A DNA stretch of 64,000 nt from Spirochaetia bacterium (lineage in GTDB: Bacteria; Spirochaetota; Spirochaetia; CADAEX01). Shown one piece after another: positions 9,671 to 19,386 of this stretch (position 1 is the first letter of the stretch; every line of letters starts with the position of its first letter). The stretch covers positions 96,001 to 160,000 of the forward strand of contig CAXXHA010000001.1 of NCBI GenBank assembly GCA_963662265.2, read 5' to 3'. The position numbers and the translations under genes were made by a program. The notes under the pieces are model-generated. The model had not been told where the DNA came from, made no database searches, and worked only from the letters and a program-made list of their open reading frames with translations.

Positions 9671-9747
9671 AATTTTCTCCTTAAGAATGTAATTGTTACA
9701 AGCCTGATAATTCAGACTAAAAAAATTATCCTACTTTCAAAACCTTA

Positions 9748-10158
9748 CTAAACAGGCTTTTCAAGTAAGTTTTTTTCCCTATCATGTTTGATTATGAATT
9801 TTGCGGAATTTATAAAAGCTTCAAGCAGTTTTTTATCCAGATCAAGCTTCTCTGGATTTTCTTCCAGTTCATAAATCTTTGATCCTTTCAAACTGTTAAC
9901 TTTTTTCAGATTTGCAAAAACGGTAAATCCAGAAAGTTTACATGCATGAATAATTTCTCTTTCCTTATTAACTACCAGTACTGCATAAATCTTTCTTTTC
10001 CAGTTGCTACCAGCCATACCGATGCTTGAAGCATCTCCATCTTTTTTAAGCTCATAGTATTTCTTATAAAATCTCCTGGTTTGAAAAAGTGAAAGTATAA
10101 GTTGAACCACCCACAGCAAACCAACAACTAAAAAAAGCCATCCATATTTTTCAATCAC
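9748..10158 (-). CDS. gutM: GutM/SrlM-family glucitol operon activator
   Basis: N-terminal TM helix ending Q..L...Q, GFTVFA.LK motif, position before srlA. Confidence 0.8.
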   Translation of the reverse strand: MIEKYGWLFLVVGLLWVVQLILSLFQTRRFYKKYYELKKDGDASSIGMAGSNWKRKIYAVLVVNKEREIIHACKLSGFTVFANLKKVNSLKGSKIYELEENPEKLDLDKKLLEAFINSAKFIIKHDREKNLLEKPV

Positions 10159-10176
10159 TAAGTACTCCTTATTTTT

Positions 10177-11130
10177 TTAGCTTGCCATTGAAAGAACTGC
10201 TTTCATGGTTTTATCATCACTAACCAGAATATTTATCCATTTTCCTTTTATTGCAGCATAAATAGGCATAATCTTTTCAGGCCCGGTACTAACTGCAATA
10301 ACTGATTTGATCTTTTTTAATTCTTCCAGATGAAGACCAATAACTCTTTTATTTAAATCGACATCCAGTATTTCACCACTTCTTCCAATTTGATTTCCAA
10401 GAATATCCCCCGCAGGGTGTTTGTTTTCAAGCTCTTTGAGTGATAACTGATCAATCAGTCCTCCATCCATTAAACCGGAATTATGCTTAACAACATTTCC
10501 TATTCCTACAATTGCAAGATCTACTTGTGAAGCTTTTTCCATGGCTATTCGAATTGCGACTTCGTTCATCATTCTTTCTTTCATTTCCTTAGTGCTAACA
10601 ACCATCGGAGCCGGGAAGTAGTAATACACTGCACATATTTTCTTTGCAAGCTTTCTAGTCATATCAATTCCATCATACTCGGGAGAATCAAGAAGAACTG
10701 ATCCTGAAAGCTGTACAACCTCGGACTTGTTGATTTTTATTTCAGGCATGCTCTTCAGGGTGGAATAAATTGTCCTGGACCACCCGACACCCACCTTGAT
10801 ACCTGGCTTGAGATAATCCATTACACAGATGCCTGAAAGTTTACCGACCATTTTTGCGATCATATCCTGATTAACAAGGTTTTCTGTATTAATAATTCGA
10901 ATATCCTTTAATCCAAATTTTCTCATAGCTTCTTTTTCCATTAAATGATTACGCTTAAGAGGGTATCGTACTTTAACTTCAATCAAACCATACTCACGGA
11001 TATCATTAAGCATTCTTGAGACCATTGAACGAGATTTCCCAATCAGTTTACCTATTTCATCCTGACTCAGACGATCCTCATAATACCAAACAGCTACTTG
11101 TGCAAGGATTTCCTTTCGACGAGTATTCAT
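10177..11130 (-). CDS. SorC/DeoR-family sugar-binding transcriptional regulator
   Basis: VAVWYYEDRLSQDEIG..SRSMVSRML HTH, VGVGWSRT, LAIVGIG, GKWINILVSD. Confidence 0.9.
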   Translation of the reverse strand: MNTRRKEILAQVAVWYYEDRLSQDEIGKLIGKSRSMVSRMLNDIREYGLIEVKVRYPLKRNHLMEKEAMRKFGLKDIRIINTENLVNQDMIAKMVGKLSGICVMDYLKPGIKVGVGWSRTIYSTLKSMPEIKINKSEVVQLSGSVLLDSPEYDGIDMTRKLAKKICAVYYYFPAPMVVSTKEMKERMMNEVAIRIAMEKASQVDLAIVGIGNVVKHNSGLMDGGLIDQLSLKELENKHPAGDILGNQIGRSGEILDVDLNKRVIGLHLEELKKIKSVIAVSTGPEKIMPIYAAIKGKWINILVSDDKTMKAVLSMAS

Positions 11131-11153
11131 GTTTCCCCCTGTCCTTCAAAACC

Positions 11154-11218
11154 TCACATATGTGAATTAATATTCATAATGTTGTAAAAATAGTAACTTG
11201 AGGTTTTCTATATGTCAA
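11154..11218 (-). promoter_or_regulatory. sigma70 promoter and palindromic operator of the PTS operon
   Basis: Minus strand TTGACA (11218-11213), 17 bp, TACTAT (11195-11190); perfect palindrome TCACATATGTGA at 11154-11165 downstream. Confidence 0.7.
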
Positions 11219-11288
11219 GTTTTTTATTACAAATGATAATTTTTATAATTATTTTTTACATATTCTAATAATCTTCTATATATAAAGA

Positions 11289-11410
11289 TGGTATTCCCCA
11301 AAACAGTAGACACTTAATATCCTCAGAAACAGAGGAGTATTAAAGAGCCAAAGAGTCCCAACACAGAAGAATTTAAAGCAGAAATATTGAAGTAAATAAT
11401 GTAAGAAGGG
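11289..11410 (+). mobile_element. IS3-family left-end remnant
   Basis: TGGTATTCCCCAAAACAGTAGACA IR-like end, then decayed OrfA start (TEEFKAEILK*); stops where the element end at 11411 begins. Confidence 0.5.
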
Positions 11411-11445
11411 CGTATCGTTGCAAAATTATATCTGCAGAAATATTT
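11411..11445 (+). repeat. orphan left end of the rve/MITE family
   Basis: CGTATCGTTGCAAAATTATATC matches the IR at 2893 and the MITE left ends. Confidence 0.75.
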
Positions 11446-11516
11446 GATATAAAAAAATTAAATTGAGCTGTTAATTCATTATATTTATGACAAAATCCAA
11501 TATTCGTTCAGCGGCA

Positions 11517-11966
11517 TTAAGAGTTTCTATAACTTCCTGTGTAAAGATTCTTGAATATTGAGAGGGGCAAAATTTCAGCTCCCCCCCCCGGGAGGCTGAT
11601 ATTATAAAAATCATCAGAAACCTGGATAGAGTAAAATATTTTAAGACATTTTATTTTGCCAATAAAATGGTGAAGTGTAAACCAGAGCCTGTCAACAATC
11701 AGTATATCAGGCTGAAGTTCTACAAGAGTCAGATAGAGAGCGAATTCTCGATAATTACTGCTGTCGAGCTGTCTGGACGTTTCAGCCGGTATTTCAAAAT
11801 GCTTAACATTAAGCCTATCTGCAATTGAAGCTGTTACAGCATCTGCATTACTGAGTATTAAAAAATCACAGGAGACCCCCATCCGTCTCAATCCCTGGCA
11901 GATAGAAATCCCCTGTACAATTCTTCCAGTACCTGCAATACTTGAAGTATAATATATTACTCTCAT
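11517..11966 (-). pseudogene. truncated GT-B fold glycosyltransferase-like protein
   Basis: MRVIYYTSSIAGTGRI and QPDILIVD are typical GT-B N-terminal motifs; only 149 aa, degenerates at a G/C homopolymer near 11580. Confidence 0.5.
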
Positions 11967-11972
11967 CCTAGT

Positions 11973-13075
11973 TTAGCAGTGCATATAGAAATAAAACGGA
12001 TCATGACCTGGTTCCACATCAGACGGATTAAAAAGAAAAAAATCCTCTTCTCTTCTTGTATCAAGTGCAACTATCCTGTTCATTTTATACTTGTTTTCAT
12101 CATTCATAGGAACCATAGTATTCTCATCAATAATATAAAGCCATCTTGAATCACCAGAAGGAAGAAACCTGCTGGGACCGTAAAACTCCTTGTCTGACAT
12201 TTTAGAAGAGCTTATTGTATCTATAGCATTGAAAGAGGCATCAAAACATATAATCCTGTTGTTTTCAAAAGTATAAACAGGATCCCAGCTTCTCTGTTCA
12301 AAAACTGCACCGTATGTTTTACCGTTAAGAACTGTAATATCTTTCCCGCGCTGTTTTCCAGGAAGAAGATAATATTCCGATAATAAATTCTTCGTAAGGC
12401 TTACTTAACAAAAACCTGATGAAGCACCCGGATCGTATTTTTCAAAAGCTAGGTAGAGATTCCCCTCCCCGTCAAGACACATTCCATTGAACTTGCTAGT
12501 CCTATAACCCTGAAGCATACCGATACCAGAGACTACAGAAGCAGGAGATGAAATATCAAGTGATTTCTTAAAGACTTTTCCTCCCTGTCATTGAGCGTAA
12601 AATACAAGATCCCTTCAGCTATATCGATTGTAAAAGCATCAACCCTGTCGCCATCAACAAACATTTTCTTGATAGAATTACCGGTATCAGATACAGAAAA
12701 TAATCCCGAAACATCTTTACCCGCGCTTGAAATATATATTTTCCCTGAATTGTCAATAAATACATCAGACGGCATAAATCTGTGACAAGAAGAAGCATTC
12801 ACATCAGATGATGTAAACTCGCGCCAGAGCAAAGATTCCTTGTTTATAGAATCAACATATATAACTTTACCAGCATCAGAGTCGGGAATAACAAGTGAAT
12901 CAAAAGGATAATTACGGCCGGATCCTGTACTGTTTGATGCAGAAGCATCTGCACTGCATGACAGAAATGTTAATATTGCCAGAGAATATATAATCAAATC
13001 TCTGGCATGTTGTTTCTTAATGATTTTTTTAAAATTACTTCCAATTACAGAAATATCTAAAACATGAAAAACCAT
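11973..13075 (-). pseudogene. frameshifted lipoprotein, beta-propeller-like
   Basis: Lipobox LTFLSC; PSDVFID.SGKIYIS-like blades; coding sequence continues across frames between ORFs 12533-13075 and 11973-12200. Confidence 0.55.
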
Positions 13076-13179
13076 TTATAACTCCTTTTATATTTTGTTT
13101 TCTTTTAAAGAGAACAGTAACACAATAGTTTTTTTCCATTTTAAATACTTTTCTCAAAAGGATTAATTTAATTCACCTT

Positions 13180-13346
13180 TGTATCATTGCAAAATTATAT
13201 CCACGATAATATTCATACCCGGGATTGCGGGGATAACAGATATTTTGCAGGCAGCAACAGAAATAAGACATATAATATTATCTACACATGGATAAAAAAC
13301 AGAAAAATTATTTATTTTCTCAACGGACGATTTATGCAACCGGACG
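13180..13346. mobile_element. MITE copy A (rve-element-type ends)
   Basis: Ends TGTATCATTGCAAAATT and GACGATTTATGCAACCGGACG; interior aligns with copies at 26747 and 46767. Confidence 0.8.
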
Positions 13347-13522
13347 GGCAGGATAATCTTACTAACCACAGAATAATCCCACCTTATCAGCGGGAGTATT
13401 ATTCTGATTACAAATCGATTGGAAAAAACGAACCTTCAAATGTTGGAGAACACGTGGGGGTTAGTTCAATACAGCTGGGAGATCAGTGTTAAAGAAGATT
13501 TATTACTAAATTCATTGATAAA

Positions 13523-13551
13523 TCTCCACGAACGACTTTTGTAACGGTACG
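13523..13551. repeat. orphan right end of the MITE family
   Basis: TCTCCACGAACGACTTTTGTAACGGTACG matches MITE right ends. Confidence 0.7.
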
Positions 13552-13563
13552 GGGATAAAGTTA

Positions 13564-15297
13564 TTAAACCTTCAGGTTATCAAATGCATTCAACATTTTT
13601 TTCAGAAGATCCGGTTTTTGGTTTATATCAGAATTTAAAATGAATTGTTTCCTCTGATTGAACCGTTCTTTTAAAATACTCAAGTAATCTTCTTTATTAT
13701 TTACATTGTCTACAGAATATAAATGGCTGTAATTTGGTATAATCCTGTCAATCACTTCAGGCTTGGGGACAAGTGCGCCGCCGAGCATATCCCACTCTTC
13801 CCATTCAAGCTCTCCCATTAAAACAGCAGTCTGTAAGCGAAGACTTGATTTCAAAGATATATCTGTTAAATCTGTATCACTGCTCTTCCAGAATCCACCG
13901 GAATTAAAGACATAACACTCGGTCCCTGCATTTACAACATTTAAAAAGCCTTCTACATCTTTATATAATTCATATACCCTGAACGGATTAGCGTATGGTT
14001 CAAATACAAGCCTTTTCATATCTTCAAGTGATACATTCTCCGCTGTACTCCGCTTAGTCATTAATGTTGCTCCCATGGCAATTCCCAGTTCCCTGCTCTC
14101 ACACTTCAGCACAGGAGGCAGGGTAGAATCTTTCATCAGCCAGCAAATGTAATTCGGGTATCCAATTTTGTTTGTATAATTCCCAAGTAAATCTCTGTCA
14201 AGAATAGCTCTACTGTTGCCGTTTCTTATATCCAGAGCTAAAGGAACGACTTTTCCGTTTTTCTCGATTGTTCCATTATTTTGAGTTGATATCACATAGT
14301 TCCAGTCCGGGTGGTCCGGGTCCCTGGAATCCATTTTATCAAACAGGCTGGGTTCCCAGACACGGCAGCACTTGTTCTTTACATCAATTTGAAATGCATC
14401 ATCATGTAAAATTGTCGTTTTTACCCCATCAGGTAATGAACCTTTATTATCCTTGGAATTTGTATGCGAAGATTTACCGCTTCCGGACAAGCCGAAAAAA
14501 CCAATCACCTTTTTACCCAGTTTCTGAGACTCTTTGCTTTTTGTGAAATCAACTTCTTTTATTCCGCCATGGCAGGCAACCTGTCCCAGTCGCATTCCGC
14601 TCGACCAGGCTAAGGTCAATGTCCCTTTTTTCAGTTCGCCGAAATATCTCATCCCCAGATTAAACACGACATTTTCATAAGGATCAAAAATAGCCAGCAT
14701 ATCTCCGAATTCAGGATATTTTGTGTTTTTCCATTCAGGATATGATATAAAAAGTATATCCTGAAGCGGTAATTGTTTACTGTTCTCATATTCATATCTT
14801 AATGAATCAACCCAGGCAAAATTTACAAGCCAGTTAAACATATTAGAGGCATTTGATTGTGTTGTACTGAGGATTGCCCGCAGCATCAGATCTTTATCCA
14901 TACCGAGAATTGCTTCAGTCATAATAATTTTTTTCTGCTTCATCTCATAAACAGCGTCCAGACAAATATTTTCAAGTTTTTTCCTGGTAGCTGCATCCTG
15001 TTTGTTATAAAAGATCCTTGCCTTTGCTGTTCTGCCGACAACCGAACCGTGACAATCATCCAGAACTGTTGCACCGGGGCCCAGCCCCAGTCTTTTCCTG
15101 GCAGGTTCGTAAATTGGTAAATCTGTAACAGAAATATGAGGCAATTGCCTGGCCATTTCATATGCTCTTTCCGGGCTTACCCGCATTTCAATATTACCGC
15201 TGTCATTTCTGGTGGTAACCATGGATATGGCAATTGCCCTGAGGCGAGACATTTTTTTCAAGTCGGCATAATGATAAATTGAAGATCTGGTAGCCAT
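13564..15297 (-). CDS. pckA: phosphoenolpyruvate carboxykinase (ATP)
   Basis: YFGELKKG, CHGG, FGLSGSGKS P-loop, LHDD, PYANPF motifs. Confidence 0.85.
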   Translation of the reverse strand: MATRSSIYHYADLKKMSRLRAIAISMVTTRNDSGNIEMRVSPERAYEMARQLPHISVTDLPIYEPARKRLGLGPGATVLDDCHGSVVGRTAKARIFYNKQDAATRKKLENICLDAVYEMKQKKIIMTEAILGMDKDLMLRAILSTTQSNASNMFNWLVNFAWVDSLRYEYENSKQLPLQDILFISYPEWKNTKYPEFGDMLAIFDPYENVVFNLGMRYFGELKKGTLTLAWSSGMRLGQVACHGGIKEVDFTKSKESQKLGKKVIGFFGLSGSGKSSHTNSKDNKGSLPDGVKTTILHDDAFQIDVKNKCCRVWEPSLFDKMDSRDPDHPDWNYVISTQNNGTIEKNGKVVPLALDIRNGNSRAILDRDLLGNYTNKIGYPNYICWLMKDSTLPPVLKCESRELGIAMGATLMTKRSTAENVSLEDMKRLVFEPYANPFRVYELYKDVEGFLNVVNAGTECYVFNSGGFWKSSDTDLTDISLKSSLRLQTAVLMGELEWEEWDMLGGALVPKPEVIDRIIPNYSHLYSVDNVNNKEDYLSILKERFNQRKQFILNSDINQKPDLLKKMLNAFDNLKV

Positions 15298-15320
15298 TTT
15301 ATACTCCTTTCCAGCCGCAG

Positions 15321-16604
15321 CTATAATTCTTTAGCTGCTTTGAAAATTATACTATAAAGCTCTTCAATTTTTTCAATATCTACTGAAGAAAAAGCAACCC
15401 TTAGATATTTTCCTGCTATGGAAATTGCACCTGTTTTATATTTGTCCAGAAGCAGCTTTCTGAGCTTTTCAGCATCTTTTTCAATTACTTCAAAAGTCAT
15501 GAAGTATCCTGAATTAAAAGGCAGCGCTTTAAGCGGCACATCAGATGGAATTCCTGATATAACATTCTTAACCTTTAAATACCTTTCATTCATTATTTTA
15601 AAAGCTTCATCCTTTTCACTGTGATAAGATCTGCTTTCAAGACCTTTTAGAAGAAGTGTCTGCGATATCTTGCTGCAGCTTGAAATAGAAGCCCTGACAG
15701 CACCCATTGTCTTGCGTTCTACAGCTTCATACTGTTCAGAACTTATATCCTTGCCGCCATATGTTATAAAACCTACCCTGAATCCCCATACAAGCTCTTC
15801 TTTTGTTGCGCCGTCAATCTTTACCGCAAGAATATTTTTATGAGCATCGGCAAGCTTTGAAAAAAGTGACTCATTGTTTGTCTCGTCTTCATAAAACAGT
15901 CCGAAATAGGCATCATCACATACAACCATTATACTGAATTCCTCATCAGCAAGTTTTACGAAAAGTGAAATAATTTCATCAGCTTCCATCTTTGAAGGAG
16001 AATATCCTGTGGGATTATTGGGGAAATTAAGAAAAACAACTGCTTTTTTGTTTTCAACAGAACGCACGGATTCCTCAAGCGCTTTAAGGTTAATTCTGTC
16101 ACCGTCGAAAAACGGAAAGTTGAGAATTTTTCCTCTGCATCTGCCTTCAACTATAAGCCTGTAATTCCCCCAGAACATATCAGGGACAATTACTGCATCA
16201 TCTTTGTCTACAAATAGATCTGCAATAATTGATATACCGTGAGTAAGGCCTGCAGTTACTATCGGATTTGAAACAGACTTCCCTTCAAGTGAGGGATTTT
16301 TAAAGACCATTTCTTTTTTCCACATTTCACGCAGCCTGGGAAGTCCTGTTGTAGGGGCATAACTGTATATTTCTGATGAATCAAGACCTGAAAGATGTTC
16401 ATTTATTGAAGGAAGAAACATCGGCTTACCTTCAACGGTAGCCATACCTACGGTTGCATTGAATTTTTCAGCTTTGCTGCCTGCTTCTGCAGCCTGTGCA
16501 ATAATACCTTTGGGAAAATAAAATCTTTTCCCAAAATCAGACAACAGTTTATATATTGAGCTCCCATCAAGTGTTTTATTAAGTTCCGTAACAAGAGATT
16601 CCAT
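15321..16604 (-). CDS. PLP-dependent aminotransferase class I/II
   Basis: NFPNNPTGY, CDDAY, DGATKEELVWGFRVG. ATG at 16604 with GGAG RBS. Confidence 0.9.
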   Translation of the reverse strand: MESLVTELNKTLDGSSIYKLLSDFGKRFYFPKGIIAQAAEAGSKAEKFNATVGMATVEGKPMFLPSINEHLSGLDSSEIYSYAPTTGLPRLREMWKKEMVFKNPSLEGKSVSNPIVTAGLTHGISIIADLFVDKDDAVIVPDMFWGNYRLIVEGRCRGKILNFPFFDGDRINLKALEESVRSVENKKAVVFLNFPNNPTGYSPSKMEADEIISLFVKLADEEFSIMVVCDDAYFGLFYEDETNNESLFSKLADAHKNILAVKIDGATKEELVWGFRVGFITYGGKDISSEQYEAVERKTMGAVRASISSCSKISQTLLLKGLESRSYHSEKDEAFKIMNERYLKVKNVISGIPSDVPLKALPFNSGYFMTFEVIEKDAEKLRKLLLDKYKTGAISIAGKYLRVAFSSVDIEKIEELYSIIFKAAKEL

Positions 16605-16691
16605 AGTATTCTCCAAATAATTGCTGAAGGCAATACACCTTCGATTGCTATACTGTCTAATTATATTACCTTTTTTTATTTTCAGGTATTT

Positions 16692-18014
16692 TCAGACTGC
16701 ACTTTTATGATAATCCTGCATATTATCCACCAGGACCTGGATAACTTTTTCATATTTATCAAGAGGAACAGCAATCATCATTGTGATTGGAGATCCTCCA
16801 TAATTTATTGCATCAATTATAATATCAGAGGACTTCAATGCAGTAAGTACTTTAGTAGATATACCAGGATCAGTCTTCAAACCTTCACCTACAACACCAA
16901 TAACCGCAACTTCATCGCCAATTGAGAAACCGTCTGCCTGTATCTCATCTACAAGTTTATTGAAAATAAGTTCCCATTCTTGTTCACTTCTTCCATCAGA
17001 AACAACATATAGACTCAATGTATCAAAACCTTTCATTTCAAATTCAGCATCAACACCTTCACTTTTTAATTTCTCAACAATCTGTGCTGATATTTGAGGA
17101 GACTTGTTCATCATGAATTTTTCAACAGTAATTCGTCTATAAGGTTTTTTTCCGGAAACTCCAACAATCAATGCACCCTCTGTCTCCCTGTCTGCAACAA
17201 TATATGTACCTGGTGCAGAAGGATCATTTGTATTCTTGACATTTATCGGAATACCAATTGACTTCACTGGTGCAATTGCCTCTTCATGAAAAACACTTGC
17301 ACCGATAGAAGCCATCTCCCTGATTTCACGATATGTTATCTGTTTTATAGGTTTTGGATTTTCTGCTACGCGCGGATCTGCCATCAGTATACCGGAAACA
17401 TCAGTCCAGTTTTCATAAACATCTGCGTTTACAGCTCTTGCAGCAATTGCACCTGATATATCTGACCCTCCCCTTGAAAAAGTCTTTAACTCGCCTTTCA
17501 AGGTAGCTCCATAAAAACCGGGGAGAACAACTAGTTTTTCACCTTTCATATATTCAGCTAAAAGCTCATATGAACTATCATGAACCCTTCCATCTTCTGT
17601 AAGCCGTATTACATTTTCAGCATCAATAAATTTAGCTCCAAGAGCATCCGCAATCAGCATGGCGCTTAAATACTCGCCGCGGCTGGCTGCATAATCAGGT
17701 GTACAACCGTTTTTAATCCTGATCCCTATCTCATCAATTACCGGCTCAAGATCTGTAGAAATCTGCAGTTCTTTTGCTATTTCCAGATACCTTGATTTAA
17801 TCAGATTAAAAGGAATATCAATAGATTTCCCCTGTTCAGCCAGAGAATGACATTTATAAAGTAAATCAGTAATCTTTTCATCTGATTGATTTCTTTTCCC
17901 AGGAGCTGAAACAATTACAAGACTTCTTGAAGGGTCCTCTTCAAATATTGCCTTTACTTTTCTGATTTGAGCAGAATCTGCAACAGAACTGCCTCCGAAT
18001 TTACATACTTTCAA
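16692..18014 (-). CDS. lysC: aspartate kinase
   Basis: KFGGSSVA, VSAPGKR, TFSRGGSDISG, NWTDVSG..ADPR, C-terminal ACT domains. Confidence 0.95.
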   Translation of the reverse strand: MKVCKFGGSSVADSAQIRKVKAIFEEDPSRSLVIVSAPGKRNQSDEKITDLLYKCHSLAEQGKSIDIPFNLIKSRYLEIAKELQISTDLEPVIDEIGIRIKNGCTPDYAASRGEYLSAMLIADALGAKFIDAENVIRLTEDGRVHDSSYELLAEYMKGEKLVVLPGFYGATLKGELKTFSRGGSDISGAIAARAVNADVYENWTDVSGILMADPRVAENPKPIKQITYREIREMASIGASVFHEEAIAPVKSIGIPINVKNTNDPSAPGTYIVADRETEGALIVGVSGKKPYRRITVEKFMMNKSPQISAQIVEKLKSEGVDAEFEMKGFDTLSLYVVSDGRSEQEWELIFNKLVDEIQADGFSIGDEVAVIGVVGEGLKTDPGISTKVLTALKSSDIIIDAINYGGSPITMMIAVPLDKYEKVIQVLVDNMQDYHKSAV

Positions 18015-18239
18015 TTCACAAAACTCCTATTCTTCATCAGTAAATTGCAGATCTTCTTTATTACAAGGAACTGCTGTTTCGTAAGCTTTAACTGCATTTT
18101 TATAATCGCAGCTGATTTCTACAGCTTCAATTCCAGATATTGCTTCTCTCAGCCTGAATACAGTTTTCCTTAGATAACATGCAAGAAGATCTGCTTATCA
18201 ATTTTGTTTGAAATTTATTTATTTTTATCCCGCCGGGTA

Positions 18240-19262
18240 TTAAACAAGATTTCTTTCTATAAGGGTTTCAGCCACCTGAACTGCATTCAGAGCAGCTCCC
18301 TTACGGATGTTATTGGAAACAACCCACAGACTTAAACCATTATCAATGGTATAATCTTCTCTCACACGGCCTACCATTGTGAGATCTTCATCATTACTCA
18401 TAAGCGGCATTGGATAAACATCATTATCAACATCATCAATCAGCTTTATACTTTCGCCGTTCTTTAGCAGCTCCATAGCTTTTTCCCTGCTGATCTTTTT
18501 TTCTGTTTCAATATTTACAGATTCAGAATGACCATACCAGACAGGAACTCTTACACAGGTTGCATTAACATTAATTTTTTCATCAAGGATTTTTTTTGTT
18601 TCATTGACCATCTTGTATTCTTCCTTGGTGTATCCGCCTTCCTGAAACACATCTATATGAGGAAGACAATTAAAAGCAATCTGGGATTTATATGCTTTTG
18701 GTTCTTTTAATTCTCCAGTGTTGATATATTCCTCAGCTTCAGCTTTTAAGCCGTCAAAAGCTTTCTTACCTGAACCTGATACTGCCTGGTAAGTAGATAC
18801 AACCACCCTCTTAACTCCTGCATAATCATGAAGCGGTTTAAGAGCAACCATCATCTGAATAGTAGAGCAGTTGGGATTTGCAATAATACCTTTGTTCCAG
18901 TCCAGGTCCTCAGGATTAACTTCAGGAACAACAAGTGGACATTCAGGATCCATTCTCCACTGTGAGCTGTTATCTACTACTATAGCTCCCTGCTTTACTG
19001 CTTCAGGTGCAAGAGCTTTACTGGCATCTCCTCCGGCAGAAAAAATTGCCACATCTATGTCTTTGAAATTTTCAGATTTGGCTTCCAGGACTTTCCAGCT
19101 TTTTCCGTTAAAAATTACTTCTTTGCCTTCATTCTCTGCTATATCAAGCGGCCTGAATTCAGCAACAGGATAGTTTCTTTTTTCAAGAGTCTTTATCATT
19201 TCTGTTCCCACAAGCCCCATTGCGCCGACAACAGCTACATTATATTTATTTTTTTTACCCAT
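18240..19262 (-). CDS. asd: aspartate-semialdehyde dehydrogenase
   Basis: VVGAMGLVG, IANPNCSTIQ catalytic Cys, YQAVSGSG, NNIRKGAALNAVQ. ATG at 19262 with GGAG RBS. Confidence 0.96.
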   Translation of the reverse strand: MGKKNKYNVAVVGAMGLVGTEMIKTLEKRNYPVAEFRPLDIAENEGKEVIFNGKSWKVLEAKSENFKDIDVAIFSAGGDASKALAPEAVKQGAIVVDNSSQWRMDPECPLVVPEVNPEDLDWNKGIIANPNCSTIQMMVALKPLHDYAGVKRVVVSTYQAVSGSGKKAFDGLKAEAEEYINTGELKEPKAYKSQIAFNCLPHIDVFQEGGYTKEEYKMVNETKKILDEKINVNATCVRVPVWYGHSESVNIETEKKISREKAMELLKNGESIKLIDDVDNDVYPMPLMSNDEDLTMVGRVREDYTIDNGLSLWVVSNNIRKGAALNAVQVAETLIERNLV

Positions 19263-19386
19263 TTTTTTCTCCATATATATAAGCGTGAAATACAGGGATG
19301 CCCTTTACATACAAAAATTTCAGATTGGATTTGTCGATTAATTTTACATACATATCAGAACCTGTATCTCACGCTGTTTATTTTAT

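Noticed and set aside
13184-13492. ORFs 13187-13492 and 13184-13369 (and 26710-26901) overlapping the MITEs
   Set aside because: Reading frames are not preserved among MITE copies, which differ by indels
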